Origin: Candidatus Hydrothermarchaeota archaeon
Lineage (GTDB): Archaea; Hydrothermarchaeota; Hydrothermarchaeia; Hydrothermarchaeales; JAADFM01
Direction of reading: 5' to 3'
Assembly (NCBI GenBank): GCA_964534545.1
Contig: CAZHQS010000004.1
Span: 1-35,640, forward strand
Length of the DNA stretch: 35,640 nt
The notes beneath the pieces were generated by a model, which saw nothing but the letters and a program-made list of their open reading frames with translations, made no database searches and was not told the origin of the DNA. Within the stretch, counting starts at the first letter, position 1. Every line of letters starts with the position of its first letter. Positions 28,202 through 35,640 of this stretch are shown piece after piece. Position numbers and translations under genes: made by a program.

Positions 28202-28798
28202 TCACGCCCCCACCTTCTCCAGGACCCTGGCCAGGGTGGCCCTGATATCGGCAATCTCCTGCCGGAGCTCTGCGATGTCCTCCCAGGGGTGTCCTGAGAA
28301 AGTTTCCCGGGTCTTCTCACCTTCGTCTCTTATGACCGAGGATAGCACCACCCTCGTCTTTCCCGATTCCTTCCTGACCGTTTCTCGGGTCTTCTCACTT
28401 TCATCCTTTATGACGTGGATGGTCTCGTCCTGTTTTTCAAGCATCTTGGAAGTATTATCCCTTATCTCCAGAAGGACGGGGATGCCCCTGCCCCACTGGT
28501 TCATCTGGAAGGCCTGGATGCAGCGGTCTATGGGCGGGACCCTCCCTGGGTAGTCTTCCTCGGTGATGTCTGCCACCTCTGCCCTCTCCGGCCTCTGGGA
28601 TTTGACAAAGGAGAGGTACTCCCTGTACTCGTCATCCTCCCCCTGGAACAGGACCACTACCTTCTGGGTGCCGTCCAAGGCAAGGTTATAGGCATTGAAG
28701 TTGTCAAGGCCCATGGCCAAAGCCCTGTTTATGAGAAGGGCACGGTAGCCCACGCCATGAACCCTTTCACCTGAGATAACAATCCTCTTTTTTATCAT
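28202..28798 (-). CDS. Acylphosphatase-domain protein with a C-terminal coiled-coil
   Basis: ISGERVHGVGYR and AYN motifs; heptad/EKTRE-repeat tail; likely start ATG 28798. Confidence 0.75.
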   Translation of the reverse strand: MIKKRIVISGERVHGVGYRALLINRALAMGLDNFNAYNLALDGTQKVVVLFQGEDDEYREYLSFVKSQRPERAEVADITEEDYPGRVPPIDRCIQAFQMNQWGRGIPVLLEIRDNTSKMLEKQDETIHVIKDESEKTRETVRKESGKTRVVLSSVIRDEGEKTRETFSGHPWEDIAELRQEIADIRATLARVLEKVGA

Positions 28799-28898
28799 GC
28801 TGACCATTATTTTTTGCGAGACTTCATATTTATTTCCTTTCCTATTGATGGCTAAGATATCTGCCTCTATGGGCATGGTCTCTGGAAGGAGATGTTTA

Positions 28899-28940
28899 AC
28901 CCACCCCACCCTCTCGGAGATATTTGAGGATCTGAAGTAG
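28899..28940 (+). repeat. Direct repeat copy 2 (orphan 3' end of the reductase gene)
   Basis: Encodes THPTLSEIFEDLK*; 33 bp identical, then CTG AAG TAG versus TTG AAA TAA. Confidence 0.95.
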
Positions 28941-29077
28941 GATTGAAGATCCGTCTAATAAATCCTATACCGGTTAGGTTTCGATGATATATTAGGGAAG
29001 GGACCCGGTCCAATTCATCACCTCCAATACACCTCTCGGGTTGATGGATTCTTTTTGTATGGGTCCCTTCCTTCCAT

Positions 29078-30067
29078 TTATTTGCGATAGTGAAAGCACC
29101 TGTCGTCAGAACCCAGGATATCCCCCTTGGCCGCCGCATTGCCCCTGCACCCCCCGCAGGACCACTTGATGTCGCAGGTGCCGCACTTTCCCTCGAAGTC
29201 CCGGTTTCGAAGCCTTATGGCGGTGGGAGAGTTCCAGGCCGCCTCCAGGTCGTCGATGTGGCCCATCTTCACCGGGGCCTTCCGGCAGGGATAGACCGAG
29301 CCGTCCACGTCCACGCACAGGAGGCAGATGAAGGCCGCACACCCCGCCCTCTTGTCCACCAGGTCCTCGGCGATGGAGCAGTAGGGGGGGTCCTCCACGA
29401 AGAGGCGGGTCTTTCCCTTCCAGTTGTAGGCAAACTCATAGAAGTCCCTGCGCTCTTCCCGGGAGAGGAGGTCCAGGTCGGCCCCGGCCCCAATGCCTGT
29501 GACCTCCCTGACATGGAACTTGTCCGCCTCCCCGTCCAGCTTGTGGAAGAACTCCTTTATGTGGCCGATGTTCCCTCCTGAGAGGGTGGTGCCGATGACC
29601 ACCCTCAGCCCCACAGCCCTGGCGTTCCTTACGGCCTGAAGGGCCTTTTCGTAGGTGCCCTCGCCCCGGATGGAGTCGTTGTACTCCCCCAGGCCCTCGA
29701 TGCTGACCTGGAGGTGGTTGCACCCTGCCTCCTTGACCTTCCTGGCGAACCCTTCGGTCATCCGCATGCCGTTGGTCAGGAGCATGGGGACCGCGCCGTT
29801 TTCCCTGATGCAGGAGATAATCTCCAGCAAATCCTCCCTGAGGGTGGGCTCCCCACCGGAGATGTTCATGGTGTGGTCCTTGAACCCCTGGCCCCTGGAG
29901 AAATCGCAGATGGTCTTGATCCTTTTTTTTATTGTTTCAAGGCTCGGCATCTCCCGGGGCTTGAACCTGGAGTCCCCCACGTAGCAGTGGGTGCAACGTA
30001 AGTTGCACTGGTCGAGGAGATGTATCTGGCTTATGAGCTCTGTGGGGATGGGTATTTCCTGGTCCAT
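29078..30067 (-). CDS. Radical SAM/SPASM-domain protein
   Basis: CNLRCTHC, SGGEP, TNG; SPASM cysteines GCAA...GSVYPC...CGTC...CGGC...C; likely start ATG 30067. Confidence 0.9.
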   Translation of the reverse strand: MDQEIPIPTELISQIHLLDQCNLRCTHCYVGDSRFKPREMPSLETIKKRIKTICDFSRGQGFKDHTMNISGGEPTLREDLLEIISCIRENGAVPMLLTNGMRMTEGFARKVKEAGCNHLQVSIEGLGEYNDSIRGEGTYEKALQAVRNARAVGLRVVIGTTLSGGNIGHIKEFFHKLDGEADKFHVREVTGIGAGADLDLLSREERRDFYEFAYNWKGKTRLFVEDPPYCSIAEDLVDKRAGCAAFICLLCVDVDGSVYPCRKAPVKMGHIDDLEAAWNSPTAIRLRNRDFEGKCGTCDIKWSCGGCRGNAAAKGDILGSDDRCFHYRK

Positions 30068-30149
30068 GGATAATGGAGTAATCTCCCCGAAACTTATATC
30101 TACCGCTAACGAAGGAGACATGGGGGGATTTGAAAGGGCGGGAATTGTT

Positions 30150-30199
30150 TGGGCGAGGAGCCGTTTTGATCCTATGTGCCGGCGAGGATGAGGAAGAGG
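30150..30199 (+). repeat. Orphan copy of the ahbD/nirJ-like 3' end
   Basis: 46/50 nt identical to 32296-32345; the TGT (Cys) codon has become TGA. Confidence 0.9.
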
Positions 30200-30264
30200 A
30201 TGGAGAAAGAAGCAGCCGGGAGCCGATAGCACTTTTTATATACCATCTCCCTTTAATTAATGCC

Positions 30265-30921
30265 ATGTCCAAGAGCGAAAAGAAGGGAGGTATCATAAAA
30301 TATCTGGCCATTGGAATCGTCCTGCTCGCTGCCATTGGGCTGGCCATGGGAATGAAAAATGACCCCGGCCAGGTAATAGATAATGCCTATGAGGACCCTG
30401 CGGCACAGCAGGCCGCCGACGAGATAATAGGCGAGGTGGTGCAGGAGATTGACGACGAGGACGGCATGAACCAGAGCAGTCTTGACGAGTTCATGCAAAA
30501 CGATTCTGATGGTGTCGAGAACACCGAAGAGACCGACAAGGTCGAGGAAGACGTTTTCATGGACAAGTACACAGGACGTTCAGGAAAAATACTCTGGGGC
30601 AGTCCAGAACCAGGAGATACAGGCTTTGGCTATGGAATGGACCAGAACAGAGACGGTAAGGAGGACTTTAAATTGACACATTATAACACACCAAACGCAT
30701 ATATCAATGAGTTCCCAAGCATACTCAACGAAGGAGACAGCCTGACGTACATAGAGTACGACACAGACGGCGACAACGAGCCCGATGTTGTGGAGATTTG
30801 GATAAACGAAGTAAAGAAAGCTACTTATGAATGGGATAAGGCAGGCACTTTAGAAAGCTGGCTGGGTGCTATGGATAATCCAGAACGGTGGAGTTATTTC
30901 GCTGCTTTAAGAATCGATTAA
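30265..30921 (+). CDS. Membrane-anchored acidic hypothetical protein
   Basis: TTTTTATA upstream; N-terminal TM segment; DQNRDG and DTDGDN Ca-binding-like loops. Confidence 0.7.
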   Translation: MSKSEKKGGIIKYLAIGIVLLAAIGLAMGMKNDPGQVIDNAYEDPAAQQAADEIIGEVVQEIDDEDGMNQSSLDEFMQNDSDGVENTEETDKVEEDVFMDKYTGRSGKILWGSPEPGDTGFGYGMDQNRDGKEDFKLTHYNTPNAYINEFPSILNEGDSLTYIEYDTDGDNEPDVVEIWINEVKKATYEWDKAGTLESWLGAMDNPERWSYFAALRID

Positions 30922-31203
30922 CAGCCAGCTTCTGAAGGTTTGTTGTCAGTACATTTACACCCATCTATCTCAGTATCAAAACCACCAGTATTTCCACAAT
31001 TATTATAGTTTCCTTTCAACCCGGCGCAGCATTTGTAGCATATCGTCTGGCAGGAGAGGGTGTTGTTCTTGATGTTGTCGGCTGTCTGGCCGCTGAACTT
31101 GCCGAAGAAGCCCCCGCTGCTTCCCATCCGGCCCTTGCGCATACAGGACAATTAGTATCCAGTGGTTTATTTCGCCCTTACTCTTTTTCAACAACCATCC
31201 CAT
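30918..31203 (-). pseudogene. Frameshifted small Cys-rich, possibly pilin-like gene
   Basis: MGWLLKKSKG-EINHWILIVL in one frame; FFGKFSG...CQTICYKCC...CKC...C* in another. Confidence 0.35.
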
Positions 31204-31294
31204 TTCCTCACTAACTCATCCTTCACAAAACGCAACCAGGACGAGATACCCAGGGTCTACGCTTTCAAAAACTGCGCCACCCCCTGGTACATGA

Positions 31295-31561
31295 TTATTT
31301 GTAGACCTTCCCCCTGAAGTCTATCCGATGGATTCGGATTATCTTCTCCTTCCAGAAGACCTCGTAAAGGATTCGGATTTTTCCTTTTCTGATGCGATAG
31401 ATGTTCTTGTACCCTTTCATCTTGGTTACATCGAGGGACTTGACCGGTACGGGGTCGGTTTTCAAAAGGAGGATATTCTCTTGGAGTATCTCCCGGTCTC
31501 TTTTCTGAAGTTGGGAAATAAATTTCAGAGGACGGTCTTTGATCCTTATCTCAAAGCTCAT
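31295..31561 (-). CDS. relE: RelE/ParE-family toxin
   Basis: 88 aa, basic; KMKGYKNIYRIRKGKIRILY...IDFRGKVYK. Confidence 0.88.
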   Translation of the reverse strand: MSFEIRIKDRPLKFISQLQKRDREILQENILLLKTDPVPVKSLDVTKMKGYKNIYRIRKGKIRILYEVFWKEKIIRIHRIDFRGKVYK

Positions 31562-31746
31562 TTATTCAGGGCCCTGAAGAGTTCGTCCTCACCCCTCACC
31601 TTTTCTTTACTTTCGATTGCCTCGATGTCCTCGGGCTCGGGCTCTTCCTCGGGCACAAGCCGATTTACAAGTTTGGCGTAAAGGTTTGTGAGCAGGTCAA
31701 GGTCGGTTCTAATCTGTTTAATATCATCCGCAGTGTCGGCTTCCAT
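31558..31746 (-). CDS. Acidic antitoxin of the RelE toxin
   Basis: [14 protein letters not shown]; ATGA overlap with relE; ATG 31746 follows GTGAGG. Confidence 0.75.
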   Translation of the reverse strand: MEADTADDIKQIRTDLDLLTNLYAKLVNRLVPEEEPEPEDIEAIESKEKVRGEDELFRALNK

Positions 31747-31805
31747 TAACCTCACCTTGGCATTATCTCAAGAAATTAACATATTTAAAACTTAACACTT
31801 TCTCC

Positions 31806-32363
31806 ACCGCCTGGTACATGTTCATGATAGTCCCTACCGGCAGGGGCAAGGAGATTATGGACGAGCTCATCTCCAAGGAGGACTACGAGAAAATCCTGGA
31901 GTGGCACTATCAGATGGAAAAGGACGAGAAGGATATCCTGGTGCGCCCCACCTGCGCCCCCATGTACTACCGCATCTTCCGCCAGAAGGCCAGGGAGGAG
32001 GGCATTGATTTCAAGAGGCGCAACCTCTCATTCTCGACGGGCGGGGCCAAGGGGTGTCTCGCGGGCCAGCTCATCGCCCTGATAACAGCTACCGGTGAGG
32101 TCCAGCCGTGTTCGTATTTCCCGAAGAGCGCCGGCAACGTCTACAAACAGTCCTTCAAGGACATCTGGGAGAATTCGGAACTCTTGAAAGACCTGCGTGA
32201 CTTCAAGAAGTACAAGGGGAAGTGCGGCGAGTGCGAGTACATCTCGGTCTGCGGCGGGTGCAGGGCCAGGGCATATACGATGGACGGGGATTATCTGGGC
32301 GAGGAGCCGTTTTGTTCGTATGTGCCGGTGAGGGTGAGGAAGAGGGCGGAAGCGAAAACTTGA
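31806..32363 (+). pseudogene. 5'-truncated radical SAM/SPASM gene, AhbD/NirJ (heme biosynthesis)-like
   Basis: [47 protein letters not shown]; no CxxxCxxC half, and GC-rich coding sequence starts abruptly next to the relBE promoter. Confidence 0.8.
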
Positions 32364-32490
32364 ATAATTATCCGCCTAAAAACATTGTAGGGAAATTTAG
32401 CAAAAAAAGTTAAATCCCCGTCCTGGAAACATGTGAAATAAGTGAAACAATCAAAAGATTTTTATAGTTTCGTCCGACTAAATATACTCC

Positions 32491-33507
32491 ATGAAATATG
32501 TCAGGAAGAAGGTAATAAGCGGCATCCCGTACTACTACTTCGAGTATAACCTGAAAACAGAAACCGGCAGAGTCCAGTATTCCAAGTACCTCGGTAAGCA
32601 TCTGCCCTCTGACCTGAAGGACAGGATTGAGGGTTTCTTTTCCGATATAGCAAGGATATCCCATGAAAAGTTGAACCCGGAAACCAGGGATTACTTCCCG
32701 CCAGGGGGGGCAAGGAAGATAGAAGAGCACAGGTTCAGATATGTGTGCTTGAACCACGAACTCTTCGAGGAAGAGTTCAAGCTTTTCAGGAATCTCTTCA
32801 ACATCCTCTTTATGCTGAATTCCAACCGGGCCGAGGGTTCCAGGGTCACAAGACCCGACATTGAAAGGGTCCTGAAGCGGAGGATAAAACCCAAAACGCT
32901 CATAGACAGGGAGATAGTAAACTCTGTCGATGCCCTGAATTTTGCATTTTCCAGGGACTTCAAGTGGAACCTCAAGTCGATAAAAAAAGTTCACAGGAGG
33001 CTGTTCCATGATATCCCTGGTTTTGAGGCAGGGACTTTCAAGAAAGAGGACAATATTGCAGGAGGCGGGTTCAAGGGTCTCGTTTCAAGGACCACCCCAT
33101 GGAAGGAGGTCCCCAGGGAGATGAAGGGACTGCTGGAATGGTTCAAGGAAGAGAAGAAGAAAAATACCTACCCGCCTATCCTGGCCCTGAAGTTCCATTT
33201 CAGGTTTGAGGCCATCCACCCCTTTTTGGATGGCAACGGAAGGGTCGGGAGGATTCTTCTCAATGCCCAGCTCATAGAAAAGGGTTTCATGCCGGTGATC
33301 TTCTTCTCCCAGAACCACCGGGCCTACTGCAATGCCATATCCAAGGCGAGGGAGGGACAGGAGATGAACCTGGCAAAGCATTTCGTGGACCACCTGGTCA
33401 AGACCTGGCGGGCGGTCCAGGAGTACAAGAAGGAAGGCATAATAAAAGGGGGCTCCCCACAGATAGGTGAATGGGAAATCCAGAAAGGCAATATTCGGGT
33501 TTATTGA
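32491..33507 (+). CDS. Fic-domain protein (class II-like)
   Basis: Canonical HPFLDGNGRVGR; N-terminal inhibitory motif SNRAEG. Confidence 0.92.
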   Translation: MKYVRKKVISGIPYYYFEYNLKTETGRVQYSKYLGKHLPSDLKDRIEGFFSDIARISHEKLNPETRDYFPPGGARKIEEHRFRYVCLNHELFEEEFKLFRNLFNILFMLNSNRAEGSRVTRPDIERVLKRRIKPKTLIDREIVNSVDALNFAFSRDFKWNLKSIKKVHRRLFHDIPGFEAGTFKKEDNIAGGGFKGLVSRTTPWKEVPREMKGLLEWFKEEKKKNTYPPILALKFHFRFEAIHPFLDGNGRVGRILLNAQLIEKGFMPVIFFSQNHRAYCNAISKAREGQEMNLAKHFVDHLVKTWRAVQEYKKEGIIKGGSPQIGEWEIQKGNIRVY

Positions 33508-33510
33508 TAA

Positions 33511-33535
33511 GGGTGAGGAATCGTTTTGTTCTTAC
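33511..33535 (+). repeat. Third, more diverged copy of the ahbD/nirJ-like 3' end
   Basis: GGT GAG GAA TCG TTT TGT TCT TAC = GEESFCSY versus GEEPFCSY; 20/25 nt identical. Confidence 0.65.
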
Positions 33536-33576
33536 ATTCTAGGGAAGACATGGATAGAGGCGGACTGATAAATCTA

Positions 33577-34941
33577 TTAGATAATTCGAACTTTTCGCTT
33601 TCGGGGAATCCCTCTTCGATCGAATTCAAGAGTATAGATTTTCCTATTTTGTTGGAAAATAATCTTTTTTTCAAGTGGCAGGAATAATAGTCTTATGTCA
33701 GACTCTCTAGTCGCATCTCTCAAAAAAAATCCTACATCTTTTTCGTTCATCCTGTTTTCAACCGATTGATAAAATAGAAAAACCCAAGAATATTTGGTAA
33801 ATTCAATTCGCCTAAAAATGTCAATTAGAAGTGTCCATGCTTCACCATAGTTATTAATATGCTTTTCCATAAAAATATGGTTCGTAAATTCTTCTAAAGA
33901 CATTAATATTGGTCTAAATGAATTTATTCTATTTATTCTCCAATTTAATAAATTCAAATTACTAATTTTCGCCTTAAACGCCAGCCATTGTTGATACGCG
34001 TATTCATATCTCAATCCAACCTTTGATGGAACAGCTACGGCAAATTCACGGATGCTTGAGAATTCATCCACACCGTGGAACGAACTAAGAAGTTCATTTA
34101 TAGTTAAAACCTGATATGGATATTTTGATTCATCATGAACAATAAAACCATCTACTATCCCATCTTTCATCGTGTGTCCAATAACAACAATTGAATGATA
34201 TCCACTTGTGTTTGTATTCCACCAAGGTAAGTCTTTTGTATCGACACCGATGATTACTGGCAATCCAGACTCGACATATGAATATAATGAAAATAATATC
34301 TCCATATCGCTAAGTTGGTAATCTTCATTTGATGTGTAGAATGCGTTACATTTGCACATCCTCAAAAGTCGTGCTATTTGAACAAATTTTAATCCTTGGT
34401 AATCTGCATATGGCCTTCCCGTTGCAAGTGTCTGGATATGAGGTATGTCACAAGCTGCAATTTTACCTTTACTCATATTTTCCAAGATCTTCAGACAAAT
34501 CCAAATTGAACCTTGTGCGCACATCCCAAATATAGTTTCAGGCATAATGAAGGGGACACAATCTATTGTCTCTCCATATTCTTCAAACTTCCGTTTACAC
34601 TTTATAAAATATCTGTTAGGGTGCTGTGTCATGATTTTTGGTGGGGCAAGATATGTCTCAGTCAATTCAGATAAATCAGATGTTGGCCTGAGGTGTACGA
34701 ATCCCCACGATTTCTTCCCATCCTTAAAAAAGAGCCTACTCACGAACGGTTTGGATTTAGTTTGTTCGGAGTAGAATAACTCATGTTCTTTAGTCCAATT
34801 AGTATCATGCGCACCTTTAATTATCCTGCTGACTCTTAAATTACCTGGATATACTGTGTCTATAATATCAAATAAGTAAGGTGCCTCACTCTCTAGATCG
34901 AAGTTTACCAAAGTTTCACATCCCCCAAGAGAGTAAGACAA
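33577..34941 (-). CDS. Papain-fold (C39-like) cysteine peptidase-domain protein
   Basis: GMCAQGS (Cys), LPVIIGV, GYHSIVVIG (His), IVHD (Asp); AT-rich. Confidence 0.65.
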   Translation of the reverse strand: MSYSLGGCETLVNFDLESEAPYLFDIIDTVYPGNLRVSRIIKGAHDTNWTKEHELFYSEQTKSKPFVSRLFFKDGKKSWGFVHLRPTSDLSELTETYLAPPKIMTQHPNRYFIKCKRKFEEYGETIDCVPFIMPETIFGMCAQGSIWICLKILENMSKGKIAACDIPHIQTLATGRPYADYQGLKFVQIARLLRMCKCNAFYTSNEDYQLSDMEILFSLYSYVESGLPVIIGVDTKDLPWWNTNTSGYHSIVVIGHTMKDGIVDGFIVHDESKYPYQVLTINELLSSFHGVDEFSSIREFAVAVPSKVGLRYEYAYQQWLAFKAKISNLNLLNWRINRINSFRPILMSLEEFTNHIFMEKHINNYGEAWTLLIDIFRRIEFTKYSWVFLFYQSVENRMNEKDVGFFLRDATRESDIRLLFLPLEKKIIFQQNRKIYTLEFDRRGIPRKRKVRII

Positions 34942-34942
34942 T

Positions 34943-35158
34943 TTACAAAATCGGTGCCAGCCTGCCTGATTTAGCTCGTTGTTCTACCTCTTTGTCTCTC
35001 AAGATGACATTGTTTTCCCATTTATCGACGATTTTGCAGAACTCTTCAATCGAGGCATCTTCAGGTAACCGTTTTAGCATTTCTTTCAAATCCTTATCGA
35101 AACTTGGAATCTTCCCAATTGGAACAACCATTTTCAGTCCACCAGTGTTATAACGCAA
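34943..35158 (-). CDS. Small hypothetical protein co-transcribed with the peptidase
   Basis: GGAGGTG RBS before TTG 35158; stop codon abuts the next gene. Confidence 0.5.
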   Translation of the reverse strand: MRYNTGGLKMVVPIGKIPSFDKDLKEMLKRLPEDASIEEFCKIVDKWENNVILRDKEVEQRAKSGRLAPIL

Positions 35159-35434
35159 AGTCTTCACCTCCAAGACTCACGAAGAACATAAGATATTATT
35201 CCACTGGGAAACCATGGGAAAAATAAATATTCTCGTGTTTTCCATCGCCTTTTCCGGAAGGAAGTCCATCTTCTTTACCCCCTGCTCTGTGAACGAGTTA
35301 TCTATATTCACATTTTAACATTTAAATATTTGTTGTTTTAGTCACCTCCTTAGACCATACATAACTGCCGATTTCGCAGTTTTGTTGGTAAATGATATTT
35401 ATTTTTTAAGCATAAATTTTTCTGTCATCTGGAT

Positions 35435-35640
35435 GGTGCTGTCAAGTTAAGCTATAAGTGAGAACGAGGCGTCCATTAAGTTCCAGGGGGTGATCAAAAT
35501 GATAACCCTGGAGTTCGAAAGGGAACGGACGCCTCCAATAGTTGTACTCTTTGCCACGTATTTGTATCTTGCGGGCCTAGCTTTTTCCTATCGCAGGGTG
35601 GAGGCGTTTTTACAAAATCTGCGTATTAGGAGAAGCTATG
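35435..35640 (+). mobile_element. IS6-family insertion sequence, left end
   Basis: Terminal GGTGCTGTCAAGTT at 35435-35448 resembles IS6 inverted repeats and precedes a transposase start. Confidence 0.7.
35499..35640 (+). CDS. IS6-family transposase, N-terminus (partial)
   Basis: GGGGGTG RBS; MITLEFERERTPPIVVLFATYLYLAGLAFSYRRVEAFLQNLRIRRSY resembles archaeal IS6 transposase N-termini. Confidence 0.7.
   Translation, partial: MITLEFERERTPPIVVLFATYLYLAGLAFSYRRVEAFLQNLRIRRSY

Noticed and set aside
30167-30169. TGA at a Cys position as possible selenocysteine
   Set aside because: Lies in a 50-bp orphan fragment with no upstream reading frame; better explained as decay
31818-32363. Functional stand-alone SPASM protein
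   Set aside because: Homology continues upstream of the ATG and breaks mid-domain, with no RBS; treated as a truncated gene
1-35640. CRISPR array, tRNA, rRNA or integrase
   Set aside because: No regularly spaced repeats, cloverleaf/rRNA signatures or recombinase motifs seen by eye

Overview
Archaeal genomic window, inferred from TATA-type promoters, GGAGGT ribosome-binding sites, S-layer-like and PGF-pre-PGF domains and a CGP-CTERM-like tail. The left third holds the 5' end of a nikM/cbiM-family gene, an AbiEi/AbiEii-like pair, a decayed nikR copy, a 14-gene anaerobic corrin-ring and cobalt-uptake operon (cbiMNQO-X-C-D-E-T-L-F-G-H-J), a divergent ArsR regulator with a DUF4430/transcobalamin-like tail, a decayed vapBC and an intact nikR with its operator. 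The middle holds an unannotated 11-aa ORF (MKEWSAECSSK) with a strong RBS and hairpin, followed by a Gsp/GSS-like ATP-grasp ligase, a B12-dependent radical SAM enzyme and a flavoprotein disulfide reductase; this is a candidate new peptide or thiol biosynthetic system. An ~11-kb surface-protein block with a ~2700-aa mosaic protein follows, bracketed by a duplicated 3' end of the reductase gene. The right part has a radical SAM/SPASM gene and cargo genes (relBE, Fic, C39-like peptidase pair) separated by three copies of the 3' end of an ahbD/nirJ-like gene, then the left end of an IS6 element. All family calls come from motifs read by eye; no database searches were run.
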